Virus record (IMG/VR): IMGVR_UViG_3300042479_000786
Coordinates: 1-55,043 of that record
DNA: 55,043 nt
Reading direction: 5' to 3' (one strand)
DNA from: a virus
Lineage: Duplodnaviria; Caudoviricetes
Part shown: in pieces, positions 37,201 to 47,134 of the stretch
How the letters are laid out: each line of letters begins with the position of its first letter
Numbering within the stretch: position 1 is the first letter of the stretch
The notes under the pieces: model-generated
What the model saw: the letters and a program-made list of their open reading frames with translations, nothing else
The model's database searches: none
What the model was told of the DNA's origin: nothing
Position numbers and translations under genes: made by a program

Positions 37201-40200
37201 GATTAATGAGAATACTACCGGTGTAGCATCTCAGCAGAAGACTAAGACAGCGGCAGCGGCAACGACCCAGGAAGCCGTCATTCCAGCCATTACAGAAGAG
37301 CAACTTGCTGAAATGGAATATGACGTGGCGAATCCACCGCAAGCAGTCCTAGAGGCTAATATGAGCCCAAAGGCCCGCAAGCTACTCAATGCAGCAGTTA
37401 AGTTCATCGAGAAGATCGCGCCAAACGCAAGGGTGTATGTGCATACTACAGCAGACGAGTTCAACTCAGCTGTTGAAGCTACATATGGCCAGCGCCCTGA
37501 AGGAGACACTGACATGGGTCTGTGGATTCCGGGTGAAGATGGAAAGACCAAGGCTGTACACTTCAACATAGGACTAATCCTATCCCCAACACCGGTAGGA
37601 ACACAGACACAAGAAGAAGCGAACAAAGAGGCCCTAAGGACATTCTCTCACGAGGCGATGCACGTAGCCCTTCAGGAAATGTTTGGCAATGATCAGGTTG
37701 CCTTTAAGTCCTTCCAGGACAAACTAGGCAAGGTGCTTTCATCTTCCGATTCCAAGGAGCTGAATAGCTTCGTAAAAAGATATAAAGGCAAAGACTATTC
37801 AGCGGAGGAGTTCCTAGCAGAACTAGGAGGCATCATGTCTTCTGAAGGCAGAAACATACCTAAGCCGATATTCGCCAAGATCGCCAAGCTGATCAATGAT
37901 TTCATTGTTGCAGCAGCGACAAAGGTAGGATTCAGTGTAGACAAGAATCTTCTATTCAAGGATACGCTCGACACGACAGATGTTGTAAACTTCTTCAACA
38001 CGCTATCCGGAGCAACTCGCACCGGTCTTGTTTCTGGAGTGGAGCAAACAGCGGCTCCATTGAAAAAAAGAGCTACAGCAGCTAAAGAGAAAGCAGCAGC
38101 AGAAAATCAACAAGTTGTAGAAGACGAAGAGCTGCCGGTGAGCAGAGCTCGCGTAGCTCTTGGTGACCTGCGTGATAACAAGCACTTCATGTTCTCTGAC
38201 CTGAAGTATCCGGATGTCGTATTCAAGGACATCGATACAGAGTCTGAGGCCAATATTGCAATTAACTTCTACAAGAAGATCATTGATAAATTCAATAAGG
38301 AATTCGACCGTGATGTAAAAGTCACCACGGAGAAGACAAAAGACGGCCGCTTTGCTGTAGTTGTTGAATACGAAACAGGCCTAAAGCCGAAGTACTTCTC
38401 GTATCCAACGGCCCAGATGGGCGAGCATCATATCGTCGATGCCCTCACCAATGAGGTCCCGTTGACATCACTTCGTCATGAGCTCATCCACGAGATGCTT
38501 GTTAAGCATATCACAGATAAGTTCGAACGGATCAACACGCTAGACAAGAGCGCTGACGCGGCAACGATCGAAGAGGTTCAACGCAACCGGGCATTCAACT
38601 ATACGCTAGAGGATGTGTTCTTCGAGCGACTGGTTGAGAACATCGAACGCCAGCCTGACGGGGTGGATACCTTTGACATCAATACTTACGGAACCGATGT
38701 AACAAACCGGTTAAACGAAGAGATCAAAGGGCCAGTGACCAAGGAAAAGGTAATGGCCACCCTTGCGGACTTACTAGAAGGAAGCAACCCGTGGCTCGCG
38801 GATACTATCAATAAAATATTCTCCGGCCTTGATTATACCAAGATAAAGGATATCAGGACCGCAGCGGAGGTTGTTGGATCTAAATTCAAGCAGCGTTTCG
38901 ACCAGGCCAAGGATATCCTGCCTAAAGACTTACAACGCAAGATCTATGATTTCACTGAGCTATTCAATCAGGAGTACCAAGGAGTTCAGACCAGACTAGC
39001 GAAACAAGCTAAGCCAGAGGCGGCACCGACTTCCAAGGCAAGAAAAACTGCAGCAACAGAAGCTCAGCTGCTATTTACGTCTGCCACTCAACGAGGATTT
39101 AATCTTGAGACTAAAAAGCTCGTCAATTATACAGATAAGTTCGACAAACTAATTAAGCTTGACTATAAAGGTGTTAAGCGAATAGGGACAGATAAGTTCA
39201 ATAAAGAGTTCTCAGAATTATCTGAATTGATATTGGGCGTATATGCCGATATCATGAAGATTGAGATTCCTAAGTTGAAGGCTAAGTACAACTTCGGGGA
39301 ATCATTCTTAGGGAGCTGGCAGACATTCTTCGAGCCATCGATGAATCTAAACCTAAGCATCACTGACAAGACAGATACATCTAAGCTTTCTGATCTTATA
39401 AATCAGATCGCAGAAGGAACTTCTCAGGATGCCTATATCATCGAGATGGTGTCAGAATTAGATGCCGCATACAGAAAGAACAAAAACAACATCCAGCTAT
39501 ACCAAGACATGGGTGATGGCATCTCTGTATACCCTCAGGTGATGGCTACGTTCATGGATGAGCTCACCCCTACTCAGCGGGCTGAATTAGGTCAGCGACT
39601 TAAGGCTGCTGGCTTCGATTCGTTCTCTATCGGACCTGACTTCGCTAAGATGAGCGTGTTTGACGGAGGTGCTAGTCAAGATGAAAATGTTGACCGAGAA
39701 AAAGAAAGAGCTGAAAGAATTGCATTTGTTGAAGAACAGAGAGCTATATTTGAAGCCGCTATAAAGGGTAACGAGACGTTCTCCAAAGGAGTAATAATCA
39801 GCACTCATATCAAACGATCTGCATACGTATCAGGAACTATAACAGGTAAAGATGGACTACAAAGAAAATACGATCGACGTGACGTTTTTGAAGCGTTCAA
39901 ACCAGGGGTCGTCCCCAGAGCAAGAAAAGCCGCAAATGGACCAGCAAGAGGAAACAGACTCTTTAACGAGCCTATCCCGGAAGTTAAGACACTTGCGAGC
40001 AAATATTTCGAAAGCACGTTCGGAAGGCCGATCCCCAACTACACAGGAACTCGACGTTTAGACACGGCAAAATCAAAGAGAATCTCTGACGCCTTCGCTG
40101 CCATGAAGCACGATCCTCAAAACCTTGAGGTGGCTAAAGCTTACCGGCAAATGGTGAAAGAGACGATCGATCAGTATGATGCAATCATCGCTGCTGGATA

Positions 40201-43200
40201 CTCGGTTACCATCAACGACAATGAGCCGTATTCGAACTCTGCGGACATGATCGATGACTTGAGGAATAACAAAACCCTCAACATATTCTCCACAGAATCT
40301 GGCTTCGGAGATAATCCTATAACTGATCAGCAGAGGAGAGATAATCCGCTACTGACGAAGACCAAGTACAAAGATTCCAATGGTGTCCCATTGCTTGCTA
40401 ACGATCTATTCCGATTCGTTCATGACTTCTTCGGCCACGCTGAGCTAGGTAATAGCTTCGGAGCAAAAGGAGAAGAGAACGCATGGAACGTGCATGCACG
40501 CATGTACTCTCCACTGGCTCGTAAGGCAATGACCACCGAGACCCGGGGACAGAACTCTTATGTGAATTTCTCTGGTGTAAACAAAGAGGTGGATGCATTA
40601 AGGGAGAAGGGTGTAAAGCAGCGGGAGGAAGGTGACACAGAGGGAGCAGATGAAACTACCAATAAAATATACGAACTGACTAAGTTCGCAGATCAGAAAG
40701 TAGGATTGCTCCCTGAAGAGTTCAGTACTATTGACGAGACTGACGAGGGAGACCGACAGGAAGAGCTAGGATTGCCAATCCCAGGACCAAGAGCGCGTAT
40801 GGCCGCTGCTCCAAAAAATGTACAGGAGAGAGTCGGAAGAGAAGGCGGTATCATAAACGGCACGAATCTTCAGGTAACCGGTAAAGAGAAGATCACTCCA
40901 GGCAAGACGACATTCACAATATACGAAGCGCCTACAAAACAACAAAGAGAGAAAGGCAATATTGCTGGGAAAAGAAAAGAAACATTTGGTTTAGAAGACA
41001 TTAAAAAGAAGGCAATCAATAGCAACTCGGCTATCGTGAATCGGGCAGAAATGCTATCATCAGGTTTGTTTAAGTATAAATATGATGAGGTTGACGAAAA
41101 CAATAAAAAGACAGGTAAGAAAATCTCTGGCGAATATCCGCTTCCGTATAGCAATCCTAAGGCAAATAGGGCTATAAATCAAACAGTAAACAAGGCTAGA
41201 GCCATAGTAGGAACATCTGTCGAAGCAAAAGCCGAAAAGAAAAAACTGCTTGATAAATTAAAAAAGGAGATAATTCCTGTTTATGAGCAGGTAATAAATA
41301 CAATGGCTGAGAATATCAGAGCCTTGTATGACACGCTTACTCCAGAATTTATAGAGCAGTCGAAGAGGTGGTACGAAGGAGCAAATAGGTTTGCTAATTC
41401 ACTAGCGAATTCATACAACATATCAGTAGAACAATCCTCTGGTATGTTGGCGGTTCTTAGCCCTCAAAAGGACTGGTTCAATAATGTATCAGCTGGCGAA
41501 CGTGTGATGGATATAATGTCCAAGCATACCGATAAGCCATTCACAAAAGAATTGTTAGACAATGCCGTAAAATATAATTCCAAAGGTGGCAAGGTGCCTA
41601 ATTGGGTCAACGACATTAAAAAGCAATTTAAGACGACCGAAGGTATGTCCATTAATGATATGCAAAACCAAGGCATATCAATGGCTGCACAGGCGAACCT
41701 ATTGAGGATTCTTGACCATTATTATAACTCGCCTAATGTCTTACAGACAACGCCTGATGGTCAGGTTATAGGATATGGAGAAAGTACAATCATGTGGAAT
41801 CCAGCATCTGAGATAGGCCGGGCAATGATGATATTCAGAGACCCTGCTCAGTCTAATATCGAAGTATTGCTAGGGGAAGGAAACAAGGTTCGAAACTTCT
41901 ATAATAATATTGTTGATCCTAATTCAGAAAAAGGCTATCTAACAGCCGATACGCATGCATTGGGTGTTGCATTTGGACTTCCAACCAGCGCGAATGACGC
42001 AGGCGCCTTTAAATTGTTTAGTGGCGGCGAGGAAAGTATCTATGCTATTGTAAAAGATGCATATACTATAGTTGCCAATGAGTTAGGAATGCTTCCAAGA
42101 GAATTGCAAAGTATCACTTGGGAAGCATTCAGAACCGGAACTAACGATAAAAATAGAACGAAGGCGAAAAATAAAGCTAACTTTGATATGATGACCTCGA
42201 TGAGAAATCAAGGCATCGACCCATATACAATAACACAATCCATCATAAATGAGAACAGAAGCACCGATCCCGAGTGGGCAAAAGAACTTGGAATCAATAC
42301 TCAAAAAAGACTTTCTGAAATACTCAAAAGAACTGGACGAGAGACCCAACAAGGAGCTGGCGAGAACGTATCTGTACGGGGACAGCAACGAGAACGAGTC
42401 GGAGGAACCGATACCGGAGTGGTTCAACAGCCTTCCGGAGAAGCCGTAACCTCTCGATCAAGAAGAGCAGCAGAGCCTGAAGGAACGTATTACGATCCAT
42501 CTCGCGCAGCTACAGAAGGAACCAGAAAGGATCGTGAGACGCAGGTTGAGATATACAACTCAGCCCTGATGGCTCATGATGAGTTTATCGGATCCGAAGA
42601 CGAGAAGTCTGCAGCTATCTATAGCGCAGTGAAGAAGTCAACAGGAATTGACCTGAGTGCTGTCTCACTGGCTAGATTGTTATTCGCTGTTCAGCACGGT
42701 ATCGAGCCATCATTCGATGAGAAACGCGGAGGTGCAGGACAAGGTCCGCTCGCTGGAGCTACCACTAGAAACAGTGCTGTAAAGGCAAGGATTATTCAGA
42801 AGTTATCTCAGGCCGGTGGACGGGTGAATAAGAAGCTTGTAAAGGAGCTCAACAAGACCCTGAAGTATACCGTCGAAAATCAGACAGAAGCAATGGAGAT
42901 CGCCTCTATTGCAGTGAAAGAGTACGGAGGTATCGACAGCCCAGCTGGATTGGATGGACTATTCAACCTAGCGAATGAATTCTCTGGAGCCGTTACCACG
43001 TTTGTGGTTGGAGATATCCTTAATCAGGCCTACAAAAAGGCAAAGGAAGCAACCCAGGATACAGAGGCAAGACGCCAATATACAGCGATCGCTAACCGGG
43101 CCGCGAACCACCTTGCCGATAGGGCTCGTGAGAATGGCCGGGAGATCGCAGCGCTATACAGACTCTACCTAACCAGCCCAGAGGGTATTTACATGGTCGA

Positions 43201-46200
43201 GGCTGCTCGTATGGTAGGTGATATCCAAAAAGCATTTGCGAATCCATCACAAGCCGAGGAGATCCTGCGTTTAAAGTCAGAACTAAATAAAGCAAAGTCT
43301 GATGCAGCTGCTCAGGCAGCTAAGTCAGCCGCCGTTGAGGCCGCCAAGCAAGCCGCTCTAGGAAGGAAAAAGACAAAACCAGCCGCAACTACCACCACGA
43401 CTCCTCCAGCTCCTCCGGCTCCTCCTAAGCCGCCGGCGACAAAGCCAGCAGAGCCTAGCGCCGGAAGCATCAAGAAGGAGAATTCTATAATCAAGGGAAT
43501 CAAGGATCGATTAAAGGCCTTAGCAGGTCTACGTTCGCGCCGTACGCTCCCAGCCGGTGTTGATGCTGAGATTGTCGATTACCTTTCTGAATTGGCTAGA
43601 GTCCATTTCGAAAGAGGGTCGTTCAACTTCCATGATATCAAAGAGAAGATTGCCAAAAAACTCTTGAAGGAATCGATCACTCTTACTGACGTGTATTACG
43701 ATGAGATGTGGAATGACATCTATCGTGAAGCTCATGATGAGATGATTAAATACAATGCATCGGCCCTGGCTGAACGTATTGTATCAAGAGCGAAGGCTCA
43801 GAAACTATCAACAGCCAAGATTATCGATCCAATCAAACTCATGATGGACGAATTGCTTGGCCGGGCTACTCAGGACATCGAAGGATTTGAAAATCCCCAA
43901 ATGACCGAAGTAGAAAAGCTGAGAAGTCTTTTGTCTAACTTCAACGGCACAGGAAAGCCGGTCTGGACAGAGTCTAAGGCCGCTGTATCTAAGCAGATTG
44001 ACGCGCTAGATCCTACCAAGTATTCTGATGCCGCCAAGGTGGAGCTTCAGGGCAAACTGGATTCGTTCTACAATGACGAGATCTCAAACTCGTTGCCAAG
44101 GTCTGCTCAGAAAATCACAGCGACCCTTGAGCAGGATCTAAAAGATCGCGGCATTGAGTTGGACAAGATCCTACTTAAGTCAAATCAGATCATAGCAGAC
44201 ACAAGAGATGAGTTTATCTCAAACCTGGTTGATCGTATTGTAACGGGAGTTGGATTGACGACTAGCCAAGCGCAAGACATCGCAGAGGCCTTTACGGCAG
44301 AATACGACGCGAAGGTTGACCGACTTGCAGAAAAAGCTCTTCGCCGATTCGTTCCTAAAACAAAAAACGCATCAAAGATCCTGAAGAAGTCAGCCGCTGA
44401 AAAGGCATTTGAGATGATCCGCTACGGAGCTGTTGATGCGAATGCTTCACTCACAGACGAAGAGGGCAATACAACGGATCTGAATATCCTATTCGCTGAG
44501 ATCTTCGGCCTTCCGGTGATGACAAACGAAATCCGTGACACGCTCAAAGCGTTTGCGGATGCCATCTCCAAAACACCGGTAGATAGCATAATACGCCAGC
44601 AGATATACAACAACATGATGCTGTATATTCAGTTCCAGAAGGCAAAAGACACCATGATGGGTGATATTTTCTTGGCCCAGGTTTACAATAACGTACTACT
44701 GTCAACGGATACGATGCTAAAGGCATTTAATTCGAACATCGTTAACTGGCCATCAGAATTCGTAACCCAATCATTACGGGCTGCGGTAGAGGGTGACTTT
44801 AGCCTGATCCCGTTATTGGTAAAAGGATACTTCGGGAAGAAGGGCAAGAAAGGAACTGATGTATTCGGTCGTGAAGGATTCAATAACTCCAGAATGGCAT
44901 TAGCCGGGATGGTGGAATCTGAATACTTCAATACCAATAACATAGCAGAGGTGTTGTCTAAGTACGGAGATACTCGACTACAGAGAGGATGGGGGCGCTA
45001 TGCTAGAAAAGCTGGACGATACCTTAGCTCTATTGACGTTCTATTGACATCATCAGCTACTCAAGCACGTATTTCTGATCTTCTTTTTGATGATCTAAAG
45101 TATCAGGCCAAGCTTGCCGGCAAAAAAATACCTGGTAAAGAACTCGCCAATATTGTTGCAGCTATTCAAGGAGTAGATGCTGCGCCTACAGAGGCTGCCA
45201 TACATCAAGCTATTGCTGAATTCAAGGAGGCGTATGGGGATGGCGTTGATCTTAAGTCAAAAGAACACAAGTCCTTATTCTTCGCAAGGGTCATGGAGAT
45301 CACAAGACAAGGCACTGCAGCCAGGGCTCGTGAATTCATTATGAACAACAAGTGGAACGAAACAGGCGAAAGCCCGTGGGCAGAAGGATTAGATGCTGCC
45401 CGTATCCAAGAGATACTAGACGAAGCAAAAGAGGTAGCTAGTAAAGTAGGTCTCGTCGGCACCCCTCCTGGAACATGGGGCGTGTTCGCAACGATGCTAA
45501 AGTTACCCGGGCAGTTCGCTCCTGGATCTCAGACTTTCCTTGGGAATATGTTCGCCAATGCCCCTATGAACGCGGCAGAAAAGATCATGCAGGGTAATAC
45601 GCTGATTGCAATACCGGTATTGAGCATCAGGCTGTTTAAAAATCAGCGCGGTGTGCTGAATTCAACCGAGGTGACGCGTAAATTCTATGAGCGATTCGGC
45701 ATCCGGACTAAGATGTACGGACGAGTTACAGGGAAGCGTTTCGGCACGGACGTAAATATGGAAAAAAAAGAGATGATCGCAAGATTTGTCCTTGTCCAAT
45801 CGGCTGTAATCCCTATCTCATATATGGCCTTTAATGCTGTAGCTGCCGCAATCGCATCTGCTTTTGATGATGATGAATTAAAAGAGGAGATCATAAACAA
45901 TACGCTAGAGGCCGTTTCTAAAATTGACGAGAACGATCGTCAGATAGCTTTCTTTGGAGATAAAACAGCAGAGCCGGGCAGTCCTGAGTTTGAAGGTAAA
46001 TGGAAAGATGTTCCGTTCTACGTAACCGGCCCTATGTACGGATACACAGATCCTGGAGCATTCTCGAAGATGACATCACTCAAGTCGATGTACGGCATAG
46101 AGCCTTATACGATCTATGCTTACGGGCATTTCGTGGCGAAGTACAATGACAATCCAATCATCGCCTCGGTGATGGGTACTGTTGGTGCGAATAACGACAT

Positions 46201-47077
46201 ATTGCTATTCAACAACAAGCCTAAGGAACTTGGGGATAATTGGTTCGGCACTGTGCTCAAATCATCAATGCTGCAGCTCAGCCTAGTAAAGGATCAGGCC
46301 GCTGTCAAACCATTGATGGAGTGGGCCGATGCTATGGGCGGAATGGCCGCATACGAAAGCGTTGATAAATTCTCGGATCGAATGAAGATGCAGTTCGCTA
46401 AGAAGATGGCTGGACTCGCTAGTAACCTGGTCCTTCCAGCAGAGGCGAAGAACTTCAATCAGGATATCATGTCATTCATGGGCGCCTCAATGGACGATCC
46501 TAGGACATTCATTGAGTATGTCTACAACCGTGGGCCTATCATGGAGCTCCTGATCAACAAAGAGAAGACAGACTCATTTGACTTTCCTGTCGGGGTTAAG
46601 ACAAAGCGCGTGCTTCCGATCGGAACCCAGGGCCTGATGTACATACGCAATGACAATGGCACGATATCATTCCCTCAGGTTGATCAGGTTCTCAATGGGC
46701 CAGGTGGAAAGTATTATGCCATGTTCAAGAAGTATCACAACGACAAGTTCGACAAGCCTAACATCTCTTCATACTACGTTATGGAGAATGACGAACCGGT
46801 TAAAAAGGAGTTCTCAACAGAGGAGCAGAAGCTTGTTCGTGATGAGTACAAGAAGGTCATGAGAGAATTTTGCGATAGCAAATACGATCAACTAACGAAC
46901 ACATCTATCGGGGACTTCGGCATAGCGTTTGACGGATTCTTAAGCGCATATGATGGCAACAGGGGGTATCAGGACTATATTGTGAAGAAGGTAATGGGAG
47001 AGGACGCTTTCTTTGTAGGTCCGATTGATGGAGAGGAGATTTCTAAGTCAGTTGGCGATACATGGAGGATTCGTTAA
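34244..47077 (+). CDS. giant polyvalent-type internal virion protein (4277 aa)
   Basis: Gly-rich membrane-like segments; HEAMH...EEFLAE zincin motif; second HELIH; HDFFGH..GEENAW module; HhH-GPD-like module; helical C-terminal region. Confidence 0.8.
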   Translation: MPNEDVLLNIWNAAKDTYELGDFDSFKQDMNDPAARSNFHKAAAADFDIGDLASFESDLGFSKPKKKAPPLPSNLNPQQVKSYLSRYGGRDITDNEAADLSSMISGKSTDEALLITTDYFKPKVTAPPMAGVGVMQTGYQAPEQPLVMAPTPESQYQGAMPEQVDLGFETVAQEIARPKSDEEVKANITNTMMDEYSKADKDLDYIFKGLDSGYLDVESQALIKSLTPDYTVPISDMNDQQKEDVKNRLKALKSGEKSAKLITNLATVKSLQQETTNNIAKLTQEINDLNTNPQADQLEVKRKQKELDDQIIINQVSNKTYYPVQQEKERKAIYDSQEALRALPLIDRFGVLKKQAAINIVGLVPTVLNTVGEIVNKYSTEGLVTRYINSSISEKTGIDFTKARITNPEGEYLKNLAETQKKDLQKYKEAQPEYLATTVSILDGLNFANVGQAGGQLVGSMGAVMLGTVAAGPAGGFAAGYALVYGDAVDEARKAGYSEDEAELYGQILAVGSGILEEVPIAGLLKGFTNSMLRKSVLRQIRIDLAAGIPKDQIAKKIINGALNSGAEALVGGIPEAVTEVLQTGQEYVTKYAFNELAKDEEDIGFEIPSLKEIGKQSVESFVLGFFGGGFTAGVGEAFSGSESYSKLALAAIRDNDRFNNLNVVADGLLASGKITQQQRDSFVGNLKIAVEAKASVPKYIKDDNVRQRAIELILNKKELEVEMASVDPSMADGYKSKLASIQAELKSISDQKWKAPASPVLFSSVDGLEAMTHALTNNSSKENSAGIFVSTIAAGKGFVGQILKSIGEEAPIAKPLVERTVASLEALANSFSSAPVKTEMTQKAAEQAQQLADQLKSYGNVVDSVATDTIPGMDITAEADNIAMGVPIKELEFMNEVPSDILEAYQGIVNGEAVSPVDASNVQNFLYEKYSKLNDIKDKLQKKIEKTTDPEKAKKLNESLISIKKVQGNLSQEIRSMGRYKSEAAINENTTGVASQQKTKTAAAATTQEAVIPAITEEQLAEMEYDVANPPQAVLEANMSPKARKLLNAAVKFIEKIAPNARVYVHTTADEFNSAVEATYGQRPEGDTDMGLWIPGEDGKTKAVHFNIGLILSPTPVGTQTQEEANKEALRTFSHEAMHVALQEMFGNDQVAFKSFQDKLGKVLSSSDSKELNSFVKRYKGKDYSAEEFLAELGGIMSSEGRNIPKPIFAKIAKLINDFIVAAATKVGFSVDKNLLFKDTLDTTDVVNFFNTLSGATRTGLVSGVEQTAAPLKKRATAAKEKAAAENQQVVEDEELPVSRARVALGDLRDNKHFMFSDLKYPDVVFKDIDTESEANIAINFYKKIIDKFNKEFDRDVKVTTEKTKDGRFAVVVEYETGLKPKYFSYPTAQMGEHHIVDALTNEVPLTSLRHELIHEMLVKHITDKFERINTLDKSADAATIEEVQRNRAFNYTLEDVFFERLVENIERQPDGVDTFDINTYGTDVTNRLNEEIKGPVTKEKVMATLADLLEGSNPWLADTINKIFSGLDYTKIKDIRTAAEVVGSKFKQRFDQAKDILPKDLQRKIYDFTELFNQEYQGVQTRLAKQAKPEAAPTSKARKTAATEAQLLFTSATQRGFNLETKKLVNYTDKFDKLIKLDYKGVKRIGTDKFNKEFSELSELILGVYADIMKIEIPKLKAKYNFGESFLGSWQTFFEPSMNLNLSITDKTDTSKLSDLINQIAEGTSQDAYIIEMVSELDAAYRKNKNNIQLYQDMGDGISVYPQVMATFMDELTPTQRAELGQRLKAAGFDSFSIGPDFAKMSVFDGGASQDENVDREKERAERIAFVEEQRAIFEAAIKGNETFSKGVIISTHIKRSAYVSGTITGKDGLQRKYDRRDVFEAFKPGVVPRARKAANGPARGNRLFNEPIPEVKTLASKYFESTFGRPIPNYTGTRRLDTAKSKRISDAFAAMKHDPQNLEVAKAYRQMVKETIDQYDAIIAAGYSVTINDNEPYSNSADMIDDLRNNKTLNIFSTESGFGDNPITDQQRRDNPLLTKTKYKDSNGVPLLANDLFRFVHDFFGHAELGNSFGAKGEENAWNVHARMYSPLARKAMTTETRGQNSYVNFSGVNKEVDALREKGVKQREEGDTEGADETTNKIYELTKFADQKVGLLPEEFSTIDETDEGDRQEELGLPIPGPRARMAAAPKNVQERVGREGGIINGTNLQVTGKEKITPGKTTFTIYEAPTKQQREKGNIAGKRKETFGLEDIKKKAINSNSAIVNRAEMLSSGLFKYKYDEVDENNKKTGKKISGEYPLPYSNPKANRAINQTVNKARAIVGTSVEAKAEKKKLLDKLKKEIIPVYEQVINTMAENIRALYDTLTPEFIEQSKRWYEGANRFANSLANSYNISVEQSSGMLAVLSPQKDWFNNVSAGERVMDIMSKHTDKPFTKELLDNAVKYNSKGGKVPNWVNDIKKQFKTTEGMSINDMQNQGISMAAQANLLRILDHYYNSPNVLQTTPDGQVIGYGESTIMWNPASEIGRAMMIFRDPAQSNIEVLLGEGNKVRNFYNNIVDPNSEKGYLTADTHALGVAFGLPTSANDAGAFKLFSGGEESIYAIVKDAYTIVANELGMLPRELQSITWEAFRTGTNDKNRTKAKNKANFDMMTSMRNQGIDPYTITQSIINENRSTDPEWAKELGINTQKRLSEILKRTGRETQQGAGENVSVRGQQRERVGGTDTGVVQQPSGEAVTSRSRRAAEPEGTYYDPSRAATEGTRKDRETQVEIYNSALMAHDEFIGSEDEKSAAIYSAVKKSTGIDLSAVSLARLLFAVQHGIEPSFDEKRGGAGQGPLAGATTRNSAVKARIIQKLSQAGGRVNKKLVKELNKTLKYTVENQTEAMEIASIAVKEYGGIDSPAGLDGLFNLANEFSGAVTTFVVGDILNQAYKKAKEATQDTEARRQYTAIANRAANHLADRARENGREIAALYRLYLTSPEGIYMVEAARMVGDIQKAFANPSQAEEILRLKSELNKAKSDAAAQAAKSAAVEAAKQAALGRKKTKPAATTTTTPPAPPAPPKPPATKPAEPSAGSIKKENSIIKGIKDRLKALAGLRSRRTLPAGVDAEIVDYLSELARVHFERGSFNFHDIKEKIAKKLLKESITLTDVYYDEMWNDIYREAHDEMIKYNASALAERIVSRAKAQKLSTAKIIDPIKLMMDELLGRATQDIEGFENPQMTEVEKLRSLLSNFNGTGKPVWTESKAAVSKQIDALDPTKYSDAAKVELQGKLDSFYNDEISNSLPRSAQKITATLEQDLKDRGIELDKILLKSNQIIADTRDEFISNLVDRIVTGVGLTTSQAQDIAEAFTAEYDAKVDRLAEKALRRFVPKTKNASKILKKSAAEKAFEMIRYGAVDANASLTDEEGNTTDLNILFAEIFGLPVMTNEIRDTLKAFADAISKTPVDSIIRQQIYNNMMLYIQFQKAKDTMMGDIFLAQVYNNVLLSTDTMLKAFNSNIVNWPSEFVTQSLRAAVEGDFSLIPLLVKGYFGKKGKKGTDVFGREGFNNSRMALAGMVESEYFNTNNIAEVLSKYGDTRLQRGWGRYARKAGRYLSSIDVLLTSSATQARISDLLFDDLKYQAKLAGKKIPGKELANIVAAIQGVDAAPTEAAIHQAIAEFKEAYGDGVDLKSKEHKSLFFARVMEITRQGTAARAREFIMNNKWNETGESPWAEGLDAARIQEILDEAKEVASKVGLVGTPPGTWGVFATMLKLPGQFAPGSQTFLGNMFANAPMNAAEKIMQGNTLIAIPVLSIRLFKNQRGVLNSTEVTRKFYERFGIRTKMYGRVTGKRFGTDVNMEKKEMIARFVLVQSAVIPISYMAFNAVAAAIASAFDDDELKEEIINNTLEAVSKIDENDRQIAFFGDKTAEPGSPEFEGKWKDVPFYVTGPMYGYTDPGAFSKMTSLKSMYGIEPYTIYAYGHFVAKYNDNPIIASVMGTVGANNDILLFNNKPKELGDNWFGTVLKSSMLQLSLVKDQAAVKPLMEWADAMGGMAAYESVDKFSDRMKMQFAKKMAGLASNLVLPAEAKNFNQDIMSFMGASMDDPRTFIEYVYNRGPIMELLINKEKTDSFDFPVGVKTKRVLPIGTQGLMYIRNDNGTISFPQVDQVLNGPGGKYYAMFKKYHNDKFDKPNISSYYVMENDEPVKKEFSTEEQKLVRDEYKKVMREFCDSKYDQLTNTSIGDFGIAFDGFLSAYDGNRGYQDYIVKKVMGEDAFFVGPIDGEEISKSVGDTWRIR

Positions 47078-47081
47078 TCCG

Positions 47082-47112
47082 TTTGATTTATACTTCAAAT
47101 TACATATCTTTG
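47082..47112 (+). promoter_or_regulatory. promoter TTTG-N19-TATCTTTG
   Basis: Full Bacteroidota consensus before the tail-fibre operon. Confidence 0.8.
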
Positions 47113-47134
47113 AACACATCAATAGTCAAACAAA

